NCBI GenBank assembly: GCA_016710095.1
Contig: JADJLL010000007.1
Span: 41,122 to 105,121 of the forward strand
DNA: 64,000 bases
Source of the DNA: Candidatus Eiseniibacteriota bacterium
Lineage (GTDB): Bacteria > Eisenbacteria > RBG-16-71-46
Reading direction: 5' to 3'
Program-made: the position numbers and the translations under genes
Shown: piece by piece, positions 19,610 to 29,655 of the stretch
Layout: each line of letters starts with the position of its first letter
Numbering within the stretch: the stretch's first letter is position 1
Notes under the pieces: model-generated
What the model was told of the DNA's origin: nothing
Seen by the model: the letters and a program-made list of their open reading frames with translations, nothing else
The model's database searches: none

Positions 19610-22157
19610 AGGAAGCGCGGCGCGAAGCGTACGTCGTGATGCGGGAACGCCAGTCGAGGCGGACCATGCGCTGCGTGCGCGTTCCCATACCGGACGTCAG
19701 CCGCACGAAGTAGAGTCCGGCGCGCGCGCGGGTGCCGTCCGCGAGACGGCCGTCCCAGCGCCACGAATGGCGCCCGGCGGAGAACTCGCCCGAGGTCTGC
19801 GCAATGCGCCGGCCGCTCGCGTCGAGCACCTCGACACGCGCGGATCCGGCCTGCGGCAGCGAGAACGTGAGCAGCGCGGAGCCGCCCGAAGGATTCGGCG
19901 TCGGACGCGCCAGCGCGAACGCGAGCACACCGTCCTCGACGGCGTCCGTGCTCGGGTCGCGCACGGTCACCGCAGTGACGAGCGTGTCGCTCGAGGCGTT
20001 GCCGGCCGCGTCGCGCGCGGTGATGCGCACGAAGCCGTCCTGCGTCGCGGGCGGCTGCACCGTCCACGAGTACGAGCCGGTGTTCGCGAGGCCGTGCGCG
20101 ATGCCGTACCACGGACCGCTCGTGCCGCTCGTCGAGAAGTCGATGTCCACCGAGTCCACGCCCGCGTTGTCCGTCGCGGACCACTGGATCGTGGCGGGCG
20201 AGCCCATGTCCCAGGTCTCGCCACCGGTCGGGAGCAGGAGATCCACCGTCGGCGCGGTGACGTCCACGAAGTGGGCGGCGAACGTACGCGCGCTCACGAG
20301 CGTCAGCGCGAGCGGATTGCCCGCCGTCGTCGTGTCGCCGGTCCAGCCGTCGAAGGCCCAGCCCGGCGAGGGCGTCGCGGTGACCGTGACGGACGCGCCG
20401 TACGCGTACTGCGCGAGATCGGGCGACTTCGAGACGCTGCCCGTGCCCGTGTGCGAAACGGTGAGGGAGAGCAGGTCGGCGGCGAAGCTCGCCGCGATCG
20501 TGTGCGCGGCGACGACGTTGTTGAACGTGTAGCCCGTGACCGCGCCCACGGAAACTCCGTCGACGAGGACGTCGTTCACGTGCGCGCCCGTCTGCGGCGT
20601 GATCGTGAACGCCTGCGAAGAGGCCTGGTTCACGGCGACGGCGCCCGAGGGCGCGATCGTGCCGAGTGCGCCGGCGCTCGCCGTGATCGTCCACGTGATC
20701 GGCGTGAACGACGCCGCGATCGTGTGGTTCGCGTTGATCGCGCTGAAGGTGTAGCTCGTGGGCGTGCCGACCGACACGCCGTCCACGAGCACCGTCGCGA
20801 CCTTGTAGTTCGCGGACGGCGTGATCGTGAACGTGCGGCTCGTGCCCTCGGCCTGCAGCAGCGTGCCGCTCGGCGTGATCGTGCCGTTGGCGCCCGCGCT
20901 GGCGACGATGCTCCAGCGGTCGATCGTGAAGTTCGCGGCGCTGGTGCCCGTGCCGGTGTTGAAGGCGGCGTCGCGCGCGTTCACGCGCATGCGCAGCGTC
21001 GTGCCCGGCGCGTTCGGGATGGCCCAGTTGTACGTGCCCGTGTTCGCGATGCCCGTGGCGATCGTGTTGGTGTAGTTGACGCCGCCGTCGGTCGAATAGG
21101 CGATGTCCACCGACACGACGCCGACGGCGTCGGTCGCGGTCCAAGTGATCGCGTGCGTGGAGCCAGCCTTCCAGACTTCGCCACCGTTGGGCGAGGTGAT
21201 CGTGACGCTCGGCGGCGTGACGTCGCCGGGCACGACGACGCCGCGGCGCGTGGCCCACTGCGCGGCGTTCAGGAAGATCGCACTGTCGGCCTTGGCTCCC
21301 GCGAGTTCGGTCCATCCGGTGTACACCGTGTTGCCCGGCGTCGCCGTACCGTCGTCCACGGGCGAACTGTCGCCCACGTACACGACGCGGCCGTTGCCGT
21401 ACACCGAATGCGCGACCATCGCGTTGCTCGTGCTGCCCTGCGGCATGCCCAGCATCCAGACGTCCGCGGTCACGGTGGGATTGATCGCCGGGTAGAGCGT
21501 GAAGGTGGTGCCGTTGTGGAAGGCGATGCCGGTCGCGTTGCCCCACGGTCCCGTGATGATCGAATCCCCCGGAGCCGTGTTCACGTTCGTGCTGGTCTGC
21601 ACGATGTTGTTGTTCGTTTCACCGAACACCTGCGAACGGATGCCCCAGAGCTTCTGGGCGTCGAGCAGGTTCGTGATCTGCGGGGAGTCGAAACCGTCGT
21701 TGTTCCGGTCGGACTGTCCGTGATCCACGATCAGGATCAGGCCGCCGCCGTCCCGCACGAAGTTGAAGATCGCGATGGACTCCGCGGCCGTGAACTTGAT
21801 GTTCGGCTCGGGCACGACGAACAGGTCGTAGTTCGAAAGGTCGTACTGGTTCGACGCGTTCTGGTAGGTGATCCCGTTCGGCGACGCGAGCGTATGCACC
21901 GTGTAGCCACGCTTCACGAGCGCGACACCGAAGGCCGAGATGCCGCCGGTCCAATAGGACTCGGGAGTCGTGGCGGTGATGCCCGACTGGGCCGGGCTGG
22001 GCACCGGGAACGTGTCGTCGATGATCCAGTCGGCGTTGCCGGCCTGCTCGGCCTTGGTGTTGTCGAACAACGCCTTCTTCTGGGCGGACGCCGGTGCGAC
22101 GAAGAGCGCCAGGGCGAGAAGCGCGAGCGCGAGAGGTTTGAGCATGGTGTCTTTCAT
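19575..22157 (-). CDS. large secreted multi-Ig-domain surface protein with C-terminal T9SS/FlgD-Ig-type sorting domain
   Basis: Signal peptide (MKDTMLKPLALALLALALFVAPASA). Repeated Ig-like modules (VTPPSVTITSPNGGEVW…, VTAPTVDLLLPTGGETW…). C-terminal ~80 aa resembles T9SS type-A CTD (…GLYFVRLTSGMGTRTQRMVRLD). Confidence 0.7.
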   Translation of the reverse strand: MKDTMLKPLALALLALALFVAPASAQKKALFDNTKAEQAGNADWIIDDTFPVPSPAQSGITATTPESYWTGGISAFGVALVKRGYTVHTLASPNGITYQNASNQYDLSNYDLFVVPEPNIKFTAAESIAIFNFVRDGGGLILIVDHGQSDRNNDGFDSPQITNLLDAQKLWGIRSQVFGETNNNIVQTSTNVNTAPGDSIITGPWGNATGIAFHNGTTFTLYPAINPTVTADVWMLGMPQGSTSNAMVAHSVYGNGRVVYVGDSSPVDDGTATPGNTVYTGWTELAGAKADSAIFLNAAQWATRRGVVVPGDVTPPSVTITSPNGGEVWKAGSTHAITWTATDAVGVVSVDIAYSTDGGVNYTNTIATGIANTGTYNWAIPNAPGTTLRMRVNARDAAFNTGTGTSAANFTIDRWSIVASAGANGTITPSGTLLQAEGTSRTFTITPSANYKVATVLVDGVSVGTPTSYTFSAINANHTIAASFTPITWTITASAGALGTIAPSGAVAVNQASSQAFTITPQTGAHVNDVLVDGVSVGAVTGYTFNNVVAAHTIAASFAADLLSLTVSHTGTGSVSKSPDLAQYAYGASVTVTATPSPGWAFDGWTGDTTTAGNPLALTLVSARTFAAHFVDVTAPTVDLLLPTGGETWDMGSPATIQWSATDNAGVDSVDIDFSTSGTSGPWYGIAHGLANTGSYSWTVQPPATQDGFVRITARDAAGNASSDTLVTAVTVRDPSTDAVEDGVLAFALARPTPNPSGGSALLTFSLPQAGSARVEVLDASGRRIAQTSGEFSAGRHSWRWDGRLADGTRARAGLYFVRLTSGMGTRTQRMVRLDWRSRITTYASRRASFNGGAARRLPP

Positions 22158-22295
22158 CGATGGGGCGATGGGCGCTGCGGGGGCAAAGTGTCCCCTCAAT
22201 AGTAGAGGGGCGCGCCTTGCCGAAACAAACGAAACACCGCCGCGACGCCGGGCAATTTGCCCCGGAGGCGCGGCGGCGGTGCGTTCTGCAAAACT

Positions 22296-22778
22296 TCAGT
22301 GCTGGTGTGGCTCCGCGTGGTCGTGCCCGTGAGGCGTCATCCAGGCCAGATGGCCCTCGAGCATGTGCAGCCCGACGACGCGTGCGAGCACGTCCGCGGG
22401 CATGAGCACGACGGGCACCGACCGCTTCTCCACTCGTCCGTCGCGCAGGAACGCGAGTTGGGTTTCGCCGGCGGTCTTCCAGCCGGCCCTGCCGGCGAAC
22501 CAGTCCTCCGGCGTGGTTCCGTCGATCCGGTCGAGGACGTCACCGGGCTTCAGCCCCGCGCGGTCGGCCGCGCCCCCCGGCAGGATGGTGGCGATCGTCA
22601 TCACGCCGGTCGCCGAGTCGCGATCCACTTCCACGCCGAGCCACGGGCGCGTCTTCATGAGTTCGAAGCGGAGCAGGCACTGGTCGACCGGCAGCGGGCA
22701 GCGCGGCTGCTCCGCGCGGGCGGGCGCGGCGAACAGGGTGATGCAGAGCAGCGCGGCGAGCGGGACGAGACGGCGCAT
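22296..22778 (-). CDS. secreted PDZ-domain protein with His-rich C-terminus
   Basis: Signal peptide, PDZ core (LGVEVDRDSATGVMTIATILPGGAADRAGLKPGDVLDRIDG), C-terminal HGHDHAEPHQH. GGAGGAA RBS. Confidence 0.65.
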   Translation of the reverse strand: MRRLVPLAALLCITLFAAPARAEQPRCPLPVDQCLLRFELMKTRPWLGVEVDRDSATGVMTIATILPGGAADRAGLKPGDVLDRIDGTTPEDWFAGRAGWKTAGETQLAFLRDGRVEKRSVPVVLMPADVLARVVGLHMLEGHLAWMTPHGHDHAEPHQH

Positions 22779-22989
22779 GGCATTCCTCCGGGATTCCGAC
22801 GTGCAACGCGTGACGCGGGAAAGTCTCGGATGCGGACGCCGCGGCTGCAGTACGAGGCGACGAACGCGGTGTGCCGTCCTCGCGTGCCGCGCAAGTGCCG
22901 GTAAACGGGTGGGAGGACGTGCCGCGCGGCAAGCACGAGGCCCGCGGGCGTGACGCCCACGGGCCTCGGTGTCGCGAAAGGCGCGGCGG

Positions 22990-24894
22990 TTACTTCTTCT
23001 TCTGCGCCGCCAGGATGCGCTCCATCTCGTCCATCGTCGCGTTCATCTCGGCCATCGCCGCGCGGAACGGAGCCGACGTGGTCATGTCCACGCCCGCGTC
23101 CTTGAGGAGGTCGATCGGGAACTTCGACGAGCCCGACGACAGCATGCGCAGGTAGGCGTCGCGGTGCGGCATGGGCTTGTTCGCGCCCTTCGCCATGTCC
23201 TCGTAGATGCCGTTGGCGATCGCCGACGAAGCGATGATGCTCGTGGCGTACTGGTACACGTAGAAGTTGCGGAAGAAGTGCGGAATGTAGGCCCACTCGA
23301 CTCCGTAGAGGTCGTCGACCTTGCAGACGCCCGCGTCGTGTCCGTAGTACTTGCGCACGAGTCCGAGGTACAGCTCGCTCATCGCGCGGCCGCTCAGCGC
23401 TTCGCCCTTCTCGGCCTTCTCGTGGATCGCGAGCTCGAACTCCGCGAACAGCGTCTGGCGGAACATGGTCGTGCGCAGGCCCTCGAGATGCGTGCTCAGC
23501 AGGAAGAGCCGCGTCTTCGGGTCCTTGGTCGTCGCGAGCATCCGGTGCAGGAGCAGGTTCTCGTTGAGCGTCGAGGCGACTTCGGCCACGAACGTCGCGT
23601 AGTCGTGCGTCGGGTAAGGCTGGGCCTTGTCGGCGAAGTACGTGTGCATCGAGTGGCCGGACTCGTGCGCGACGGTCGAGACCTCGTCGTACATGCCGGT
23701 GAAGTTCTGGAGCTGGTACGGGTGCACGCCGTACACGCCGGTGCTGTAGGCGCCCGAGCGCTTGCCGGGCGTCGGAATCCAGTCGACCCAGCCGTTGCGG
23801 AAGCCGTCGCCGAGCACGGTCACGTATTCCTTGCCGAGCGGCGCGACGGCTTCGAGCACGAGCGCCTGCGCCTGGTCGGGCGTGTAGCGCAGGTCGACTT
23901 CCTCGACGACGGACGCATACAGGTCCTCGTAGCGCAGGTCGCCCAGGCCCATCATGCGCTGGCGCAGCTTGAGGTAGCGGTGCAGCGTCGGCAGGTTGTC
24001 GTTCACATCCTTCACGAGCTGGTGGTAGACCGTCGTGGGGATGTTGTCGCCGAAGAGCGACGCCTCGAGGCACGAGCTGAACTTGTGCACGTCGCGGTTG
24101 AACAGGTGCGTCTGCACGGCCGCGTCGAGCGCGGCGCCGTAGGTGTTCTGCCATTCCTTGTGCGCCGTGAAGAACGCGCGGAACACGAGGTCGCGGTCCT
24201 CGCGCTTGGGCAGCTGGCGATACTGCGTGTAGGCGGCGGCGTCGAGCTTCACTTCCTTGCCGTCGCTCAGCTTCACGGTGGGCCACTTCATCTCGGCGTT
24301 CGCGAACACGCCGCGGATGTTGCCGCCGGCGCCCGCGAGCCGGCCGGCACGCGCGGCGACCGCTTCCTCGGCGGCGCTCAGCGTGTGCGGGGCGTAGCGC
24401 AGCAGGTCTTCGAGTCCGGCCTTGTAAGGAGCGAGCTTCGGTTCGGCGGCGAGGAAGCCCCGCACCTTGTCCGGGCCGACCGCGAGAATCTCGGGGCGCA
24501 TGAACGACGCCGCGGTCGAGAAGTCGACGTACAGGTTCTCGGCGAGCTGGTTCATCTCCTGCGCCTGGCTGTCACGCGTGTCTTCGTCGGAGCGCATGCT
24601 CGAGTAGACGTAGAGCTTCGTCAGCGCGAGATCGAGTTCGCTGCGCAACTGGAGCGCGGCGTAGAAGGTCGCGGCGGATTCGCCGAGGCGTCCCTTGTAG
24701 GCGTCGATCTCGTGCACGCGCTTGCCGAGTGCGGCGTGCTCCGTGTGCCACGCGGCGTCGCTCACGAACAGGTCGGAGGTCTTCCACTTGAGATTCGCGG
24801 GCACTTCCGAGCGTTCGACCGCGTGCGCGGCGGTGACCGTCATGCCGAGCAGCAGGAACGTGAAGAGTGTGTTGAGAAGAATGAAGCGGCTCAT
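22990..24894 (-). CDS. pepF: M3 family oligoendopeptidase F, secreted
   Basis: HESGHSMH zinc-binding HEXXH motif in an M3B-like ~600-aa body. N-terminal signal peptide. Confidence 0.85.
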   Translation of the reverse strand: MSRFILLNTLFTFLLLGMTVTAAHAVERSEVPANLKWKTSDLFVSDAAWHTEHAALGKRVHEIDAYKGRLGESAATFYAALQLRSELDLALTKLYVYSSMRSDEDTRDSQAQEMNQLAENLYVDFSTAASFMRPEILAVGPDKVRGFLAAEPKLAPYKAGLEDLLRYAPHTLSAAEEAVAARAGRLAGAGGNIRGVFANAEMKWPTVKLSDGKEVKLDAAAYTQYRQLPKREDRDLVFRAFFTAHKEWQNTYGAALDAAVQTHLFNRDVHKFSSCLEASLFGDNIPTTVYHQLVKDVNDNLPTLHRYLKLRQRMMGLGDLRYEDLYASVVEEVDLRYTPDQAQALVLEAVAPLGKEYVTVLGDGFRNGWVDWIPTPGKRSGAYSTGVYGVHPYQLQNFTGMYDEVSTVAHESGHSMHTYFADKAQPYPTHDYATFVAEVASTLNENLLLHRMLATTKDPKTRLFLLSTHLEGLRTTMFRQTLFAEFELAIHEKAEKGEALSGRAMSELYLGLVRKYYGHDAGVCKVDDLYGVEWAYIPHFFRNFYVYQYATSIIASSAIANGIYEDMAKGANKPMPHRDAYLRMLSSGSSKFPIDLLKDAGVDMTTSAPFRAAMAEMNATMDEMERILAAQKKK

Positions 24895-25065
24895 GTCGCA
24901 ACCTCGACGAAGAGGAGTGAAGTGAAGTGACGTGCTGCCGGCGCGCGCGTCGCACGAAACGTGTCGCGAGCGCGCGCATGCTAGCAGCGTCGCGCTTCGT
25001 TCGCCGCGCGGAGTGCGGTGCCATGGGTGCTCGCGTGACGAGCGCGGCGTGAAAGGGCGCGAGCG

Positions 25066-25081
25066 TGGAACACCTTATGCT
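25066..25081 (+). promoter_or_regulatory. candidate sigma-54 (-24/-12) promoter upstream of the cytochrome/two-component operon
   Basis: TGGAAC-N5-TTATGCT, with GG and GC spaced as in the TGGCAC-N5-TTGCW consensus. Lies ~45 nt upstream of the cytochrome c start. Sequence-pattern only. Confidence 0.25.
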
Positions 25082-25124
25082 GCACTTGTGGCGACGAAGT
25101 GTGTTGGGAGAAAGGGGGATCTGG

Positions 25125-25841
25125 ATGATCCCGAATGCTTCACGTCACGCCTCACGTGTTCGCCGCACAGGTCACGCTGGACTCCTCATTCTCGTGACCG
25201 CCGTCATGACGATGGCAAGCGCCGCAGGCCGCGCCGAAGGTACGCGCGCGATTCCCCTCAAACTGCCTGCTGGCATCGTTTACGACAAGGTTTCCGGTCC
25301 CGACAGCGCCGTCGTCTTCCGTCACACGACTCATGTGGACTACGAAAACGGCCGCTGCACCGGTTGTCACCCCAAGCTCTATCACCTCCTGAATCCCACG
25401 CGCCGCATCGAGCACGCCGAAATGAACCGCGGCGGATCGTGCGGCGCTTGTCATGACGGAACACACGCCTTTGACGTTCGCTCCAAAGCGTCATGCGGTG
25501 CCTGTCACGTTGGCAGAAAGAGCGAGTCGATCCTGAACGCGGAAAGCGAGGCGATGCGCAGCTCGGCGTCGTTCCGCGGACCCGATCCCTACACATACCC
25601 CGCCGGGCGCACGTCGCCGGGGCCCGTCACGTTCAAGCACACCACGCACACGGGCGCCTCGATGAAGTGCAACACCTGCCACTCGCGGCTCTTCGAGATG
25701 AAGGCCCGCCCTCCGTTCGAGGACGAGTGGATGCACGGCAAGGCGAAGTGCGGCGCATGCCACGACGGCAAGGCGAGCTTCGGAGTCGACGACCAGAAGC
25801 TCTGCGGCAAGTGCCATGCGGAAGGAAGGGCGAAGCCATGA
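25125..25841 (+). CDS. periplasmic hexaheme c-type cytochrome
   Basis: Sec signal peptide. Six CXXCH motifs (CTGCH, CGACH x3, CNTCH, CGKCH) in 238 aa. AAAGGGGGA RBS. Confidence 0.8.
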   Translation: MIPNASRHASRVRRTGHAGLLILVTAVMTMASAAGRAEGTRAIPLKLPAGIVYDKVSGPDSAVVFRHTTHVDYENGRCTGCHPKLYHLLNPTRRIEHAEMNRGGSCGACHDGTHAFDVRSKASCGACHVGRKSESILNAESEAMRSSASFRGPDPYTYPAGRTSPGPVTFKHTTHTGASMKCNTCHSRLFEMKARPPFEDEWMHGKAKCGACHDGKASFGVDDQKLCGKCHAEGRAKP

Positions 25842-26581
25842 GCCACGCGCTGTTGCTCGACACCACGCTGTGCACCGGATGCGGCGCGTGCACGGCGGCC
25901 TGCAAGGAACAGAACGCGCTGCCCGTGGACATCGAGGATCGGAACACCGCCTACACGTGGTGCACGGTCGAGAAGCGCGGGAACACGTTCGTCCGCCGGA
26001 TGTGCATGCACTGCGAGTCGCCGACGTGCGCGTCGGTGTGCCCGGTCGGCGCCATGACGAAGAGTCCCGAAGGCCCGGTGCTGTACGACCCCAAGAAGTG
26101 CATCGGCTGCCGCTACTGCATCCAGGCGTGTCCGTTCGACGTGCCGAAGTACCAGTGGGACCGGAACGTTCCCGTCGTGGCCAAGTGCATCATGTGCCAG
26201 CCACGTCTCGCGAAGGGCGAGCCGACGGCGTGCGCCGCCGTGTGCCCGACCGGCGCGACGAAGTTCGGCCATCGTGACGACCTCGTCCGCGAGGCCAAGG
26301 AACGCATCGCCGCGACGCCGGGCCGGTACGTGGACCACATCTATGGACTGCACGAGGCCGGTGGAACGTCGGTGCTCATGTTGTCCGCGGTGCCGTTCGG
26401 CCAGCTCGGCCTGCGCACGAACCTGCCCGACGAACCGCTCGGCCAGCTCACGTGGCGCGTGCTGAGCCGTGTGCCCGACATCGTCCTGATGGGCGGCACG
26501 CTGCTCTACGGCGTCTACTGGATCACGAAGCGCCGGGATCACGTGCGGCGCATCGAGGGCGGGGAGGGGCACGAGTCATGA
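25838..26581 (+). CDS. NrfC/HybA/PsrB-like 4x[4Fe-4S] ferredoxin subunit with C-terminal membrane anchor
   Basis: Four ferredoxin-type Cys clusters (CTGCGACTAAC, CMHCESPTCASVCP, CIGCRYCIQACP, CIMCQ…CAAVCP). C-terminal TM (IVLMGGTLLYGVYWI). ATGA overlap with the cytochrome stop. No obvious Tat signal. Confidence 0.8.
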   Translation: MSHALLLDTTLCTGCGACTAACKEQNALPVDIEDRNTAYTWCTVEKRGNTFVRRMCMHCESPTCASVCPVGAMTKSPEGPVLYDPKKCIGCRYCIQACPFDVPKYQWDRNVPVVAKCIMCQPRLAKGEPTACAAVCPTGATKFGHRDDLVREAKERIAATPGRYVDHIYGLHEAGGTSVLMLSAVPFGQLGLRTNLPDEPLGQLTWRVLSRVPDIVLMGGTLLYGVYWITKRRDHVRRIEGGEGHES

Positions 26582-27735
26582 CGACGATGGAACTGCCGCG
26601 TCCGCGCGGCGTGCGGTTCGGCGCCTGGACGGCGATCTTCGGATTGCTCGTGATCGCGTTCCTCTACGCGACCGTCATGCGCTTCTACAAAGGTCTCGGC
26701 GCCACGACGAACCTCTCGGACGCGTTCCCGTGGGGCATCTGGATCGGGTTCGACATCCTCTGCGGTGTCGGTCTCGCGGCCGGCGCGTTCACGCTCATGG
26801 CCACCGTGCACCTGTTCCACATCGAGAAGTTCAAGCCGATCGTGCGCCCGACGCTGCTGACGGGCTACCTCGGCTACCTGCTCGTATGCGTGGGACTGAT
26901 GTACGACCTCGGGCAGCCGTGGCGCATCTGGCACGCGATCATCTACTGGAACGAACACAGCGTGATGTTCGAGGTCGCGTGGTGCGTGATGCTCTACACC
27001 ACGGTGCTGACGCTCGAGTTCTCGCACATCGTGTTCGAGCGGCTGAACTGGAAGTGGGCGCTGAACATCATGCATGCGCTCAACACGCCGCTCGTGATCC
27101 TGGGCTGCCTGCTCTCCACGCTGCACCAGTCGTCCCTCGGCACGATGTACCTGATCGTCCCCGAGAAGCTGCACGCCCTCTGGTACACGCCGGCGCTGCC
27201 GCTGCTCTTCTACATCTCGGCGATCGGGGCGGGACTCGGGATGGTCATCCTCGAGTCGCATCTGTCCGGGCGGGCCCTGGGGCACGAACTCGAAATGGAC
27301 CTGCTCGAGCCGCTCGGCCGCGTGATGATCGTGGTGCTCGCGATCTTCGGCGTCCTGCGCCTCGACCTCATGTGGCACTCGGGCGCGCTGAAGATGGTGT
27401 TCCAGCCCATGTACGAGAGCCGGATGTTCCTCGCCGAGTTCGGCATCGGCGTGCTGGCCCCGATCTTCCTGCTGGCGTGGCCGCGCGTGCGGCGTTCGCC
27501 GGTGGGGCTCGTGATCGGCGCGACGTGCGCGGTCCTCGGCTTCATGCTGTACCGGTTGAACGTGAGCATCACGGGCATCGAACGCGCGAGCGGCACGCAC
27601 TACGTGCCGTCGTGGATGGAGATGGCCGTTTCGGTCGGCCTCATGGCGATCGGCGTGGCGCTGTTCGGGCTCGCCGTGCGCTACCTGCCGATCTTCCCGG
27701 CGAGCAAGCACGGCTCGCACGCTCACCGGGCGTGA
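26578..27735 (+). CDS. NrfD/PsrC/HybB-like polytopic membrane quinone-interacting subunit
   Basis: ~8-9 predicted TM helices with NrfD-family topology. ATGA overlap with the upstream FeS gene. Confidence 0.85.
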   Translation: MTTMELPRPRGVRFGAWTAIFGLLVIAFLYATVMRFYKGLGATTNLSDAFPWGIWIGFDILCGVGLAAGAFTLMATVHLFHIEKFKPIVRPTLLTGYLGYLLVCVGLMYDLGQPWRIWHAIIYWNEHSVMFEVAWCVMLYTTVLTLEFSHIVFERLNWKWALNIMHALNTPLVILGCLLSTLHQSSLGTMYLIVPEKLHALWYTPALPLLFYISAIGAGLGMVILESHLSGRALGHELEMDLLEPLGRVMIVVLAIFGVLRLDLMWHSGALKMVFQPMYESRMFLAEFGIGVLAPIFLLAWPRVRRSPVGLVIGATCAVLGFMLYRLNVSITGIERASGTHYVPSWMEMAVSVGLMAIGVALFGLAVRYLPIFPASKHGSHAHRA

Positions 27736-27744
27736 GGTGAAGTG

Positions 27745-29655
27745 ATGAAACTGCGGATCGGCGTCCTGACCGTACTGGGAGTCGCGGCCGTCACGGCCGG
27801 GAGCATCGGCATGATGTCCGGCCTGGTGCTCAAGGCGCATCGTGACGCGCAGATCGCCCAGCTCACTCAGGGCGCCGATCAGCTGAGCGAGACGATCGTG
27901 AGCAGCACGTTCTGGGACATGCTCGAGAACCACCGTCCCGCGCTGCACCGCGAGATGATCACGATCGGGAAGCAGAAGGGCATCGAGAAGGTCCGGCTGT
28001 TCAACCGGACCGGCAAGATCATGTTCTCCTCGAGCGAGGGCGAGATCGGGCACTCGCTCGACAAGAAGTACGAGGCCTGCATCGCGTGTCACGCCGCCGA
28101 CCAGCCGATCACGCGGCCGCCGACGAAGGCGCGCGCGCGCATCTACCGCGCGGCGGACGGGCACCGGGTGCTGGGCATGATCCGCCCGATCCACAACGAG
28201 ACGCGCTGCTGGAACTCGGGCTGCCACGCGCACTCGCGCGAGGAGAACGTGCTCGGCGTGCTCGACGTGAACCTGTCGCTCGCCGAGACCGACGCGCGCA
28301 TCGCAGCCGACCAGCGCCGCATGATCCTGCTCGCCGTGCTCATCATGGCGACGATCAGCACGGTCCTGTTGTGGTTCGGCGAGCGGCTCGTGCTGCGGCC
28401 CGTGCGCGAACTGATCGCCGGTACGCGCCGCGTCGCCGCGGGCGACCTGCACACGATGCTGCCCGCCGCCTCGAGCACCGAACTGGGCGACCTCGCGCGC
28501 GCGTTCAACGAGATGACGAGCAAGCTCTCCGACGCGCAGCGCCAGCTCACGCAGGCGGACAAGCTCGCCTCGGTCGGCCGGCTCGCCGCCGGCGTGGCGC
28601 ACGAGATCAACAACCCGCTCACCGGCGTGCTGACGTACGCCTCGTTCCTGCAGAAGCGTCTCGCCGACCGTCCCGAGGTGAAGGAAGACCTCGAGGTGAT
28701 CGTGCGCGAGACGAAGCGCTGTCGCGACATCGTGCGCGGGCTGCTCGACTTCTCGCGCCAGTCGCCGCCGCAGCACAAGCCGACCGACCTCAACGAGATC
28801 GTGCGCCGCGCCGTGGCCGTCGTGATGAACCAGCTCATGCTGCGCCGCGTCGCGCTCGACTTCCATCTCGCCGACGGGCTCGAAGCCGTGCCGGCGGACG
28901 GCAACCAGATCCAGCAGGTCGTCGTGAATCTCGTGATGAACGCCGCCGACGCGATCGGCGAGGGCGGCGGCACGATCGCCGTGCGCACCGCGGCCGTCGA
29001 ACTGCCCGCGCGTGGGAACTCGATCATCCGCCTGGCGCGCTGCCCGCACGGATGCGACGTCCTCGATCCCACGGTGCGCATCGGCGCGCACCCGGCGATC
29101 AAGGTGATCCGCCGCACGGGCGACCGCGACGACGTCGTGCACATGGATCCCGTGTACGGCCGCGCGAACCACCACGCGAGCGGCCCGCTCGAACGCGACA
29201 AGCTCGCGACGTACGCCTGCCCGCGCTGCCGCGCGAAGCTCGACGGCCCCGCGCGCTGCGGCGACTGCGGCGCGCCGACCTTCGCGGTCGTCTCGCCCGA
29301 GCTCGGCCGCATCGAGTGGTGCACGCGCAAGGGCTGCCACTGGACGCGCTGCGAGACGCTCGACGCGTCGGGCCCGCTACGCATGGTCGAGCTGGAAGTG
29401 CGCGACAGCGGCAAGGGCATCGCGCCGGAGGATCTCGATCACCTGTTCGAGCCGTTCTTCACGACCAAGGGCAACCGCGGTCTGGGGCTGGGGCTCGCGG
29501 TGACCTACGGCATCGTCGAGCGCCACGGCGGCACGATCGTGGTGTCGAGCGAGTTGGGGAACGGCGCGACGTTCCTCGTGCGCCTGCCGCTCCTGCGCGC
29601 GGGGCAGAACGCCGCGATCGTCACGGAGTCCGTCCGGACGGGAGGTGTCTCGTGA
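27745..29655 (+). CDS. sensor histidine kinase with periplasmic c-type-heme sensor domain and a Cys-rich (Zn-ribbon-like) insertion inside the HATPase domain
   Basis: TM1…~160-aa periplasmic domain with CIACH (CXXCH) and CWNSGCH (CX4CH)…TM2, then HAMP and HisKA (H box AHEINNPL). HATPase N-box NLVMNAADA, then a ~140-aa insert containing CPHGC, CPRC, CGDC and CTRKGCHWTRC, then the G1/G2 boxes (DSGKGI…GLGLGLAV). Confidence 0.85.
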   Translation: MKLRIGVLTVLGVAAVTAGSIGMMSGLVLKAHRDAQIAQLTQGADQLSETIVSSTFWDMLENHRPALHREMITIGKQKGIEKVRLFNRTGKIMFSSSEGEIGHSLDKKYEACIACHAADQPITRPPTKARARIYRAADGHRVLGMIRPIHNETRCWNSGCHAHSREENVLGVLDVNLSLAETDARIAADQRRMILLAVLIMATISTVLLWFGERLVLRPVRELIAGTRRVAAGDLHTMLPAASSTELGDLARAFNEMTSKLSDAQRQLTQADKLASVGRLAAGVAHEINNPLTGVLTYASFLQKRLADRPEVKEDLEVIVRETKRCRDIVRGLLDFSRQSPPQHKPTDLNEIVRRAVAVVMNQLMLRRVALDFHLADGLEAVPADGNQIQQVVVNLVMNAADAIGEGGGTIAVRTAAVELPARGNSIIRLARCPHGCDVLDPTVRIGAHPAIKVIRRTGDRDDVVHMDPVYGRANHHASGPLERDKLATYACPRCRAKLDGPARCGDCGAPTFAVVSPELGRIEWCTRKGCHWTRCETLDASGPLRMVELEVRDSGKGIAPEDLDHLFEPFFTTKGNRGLGLGLAVTYGIVERHGGTIVVSSELGNGATFLVRLPLLRAGQNAAIVTESVRTGGVS

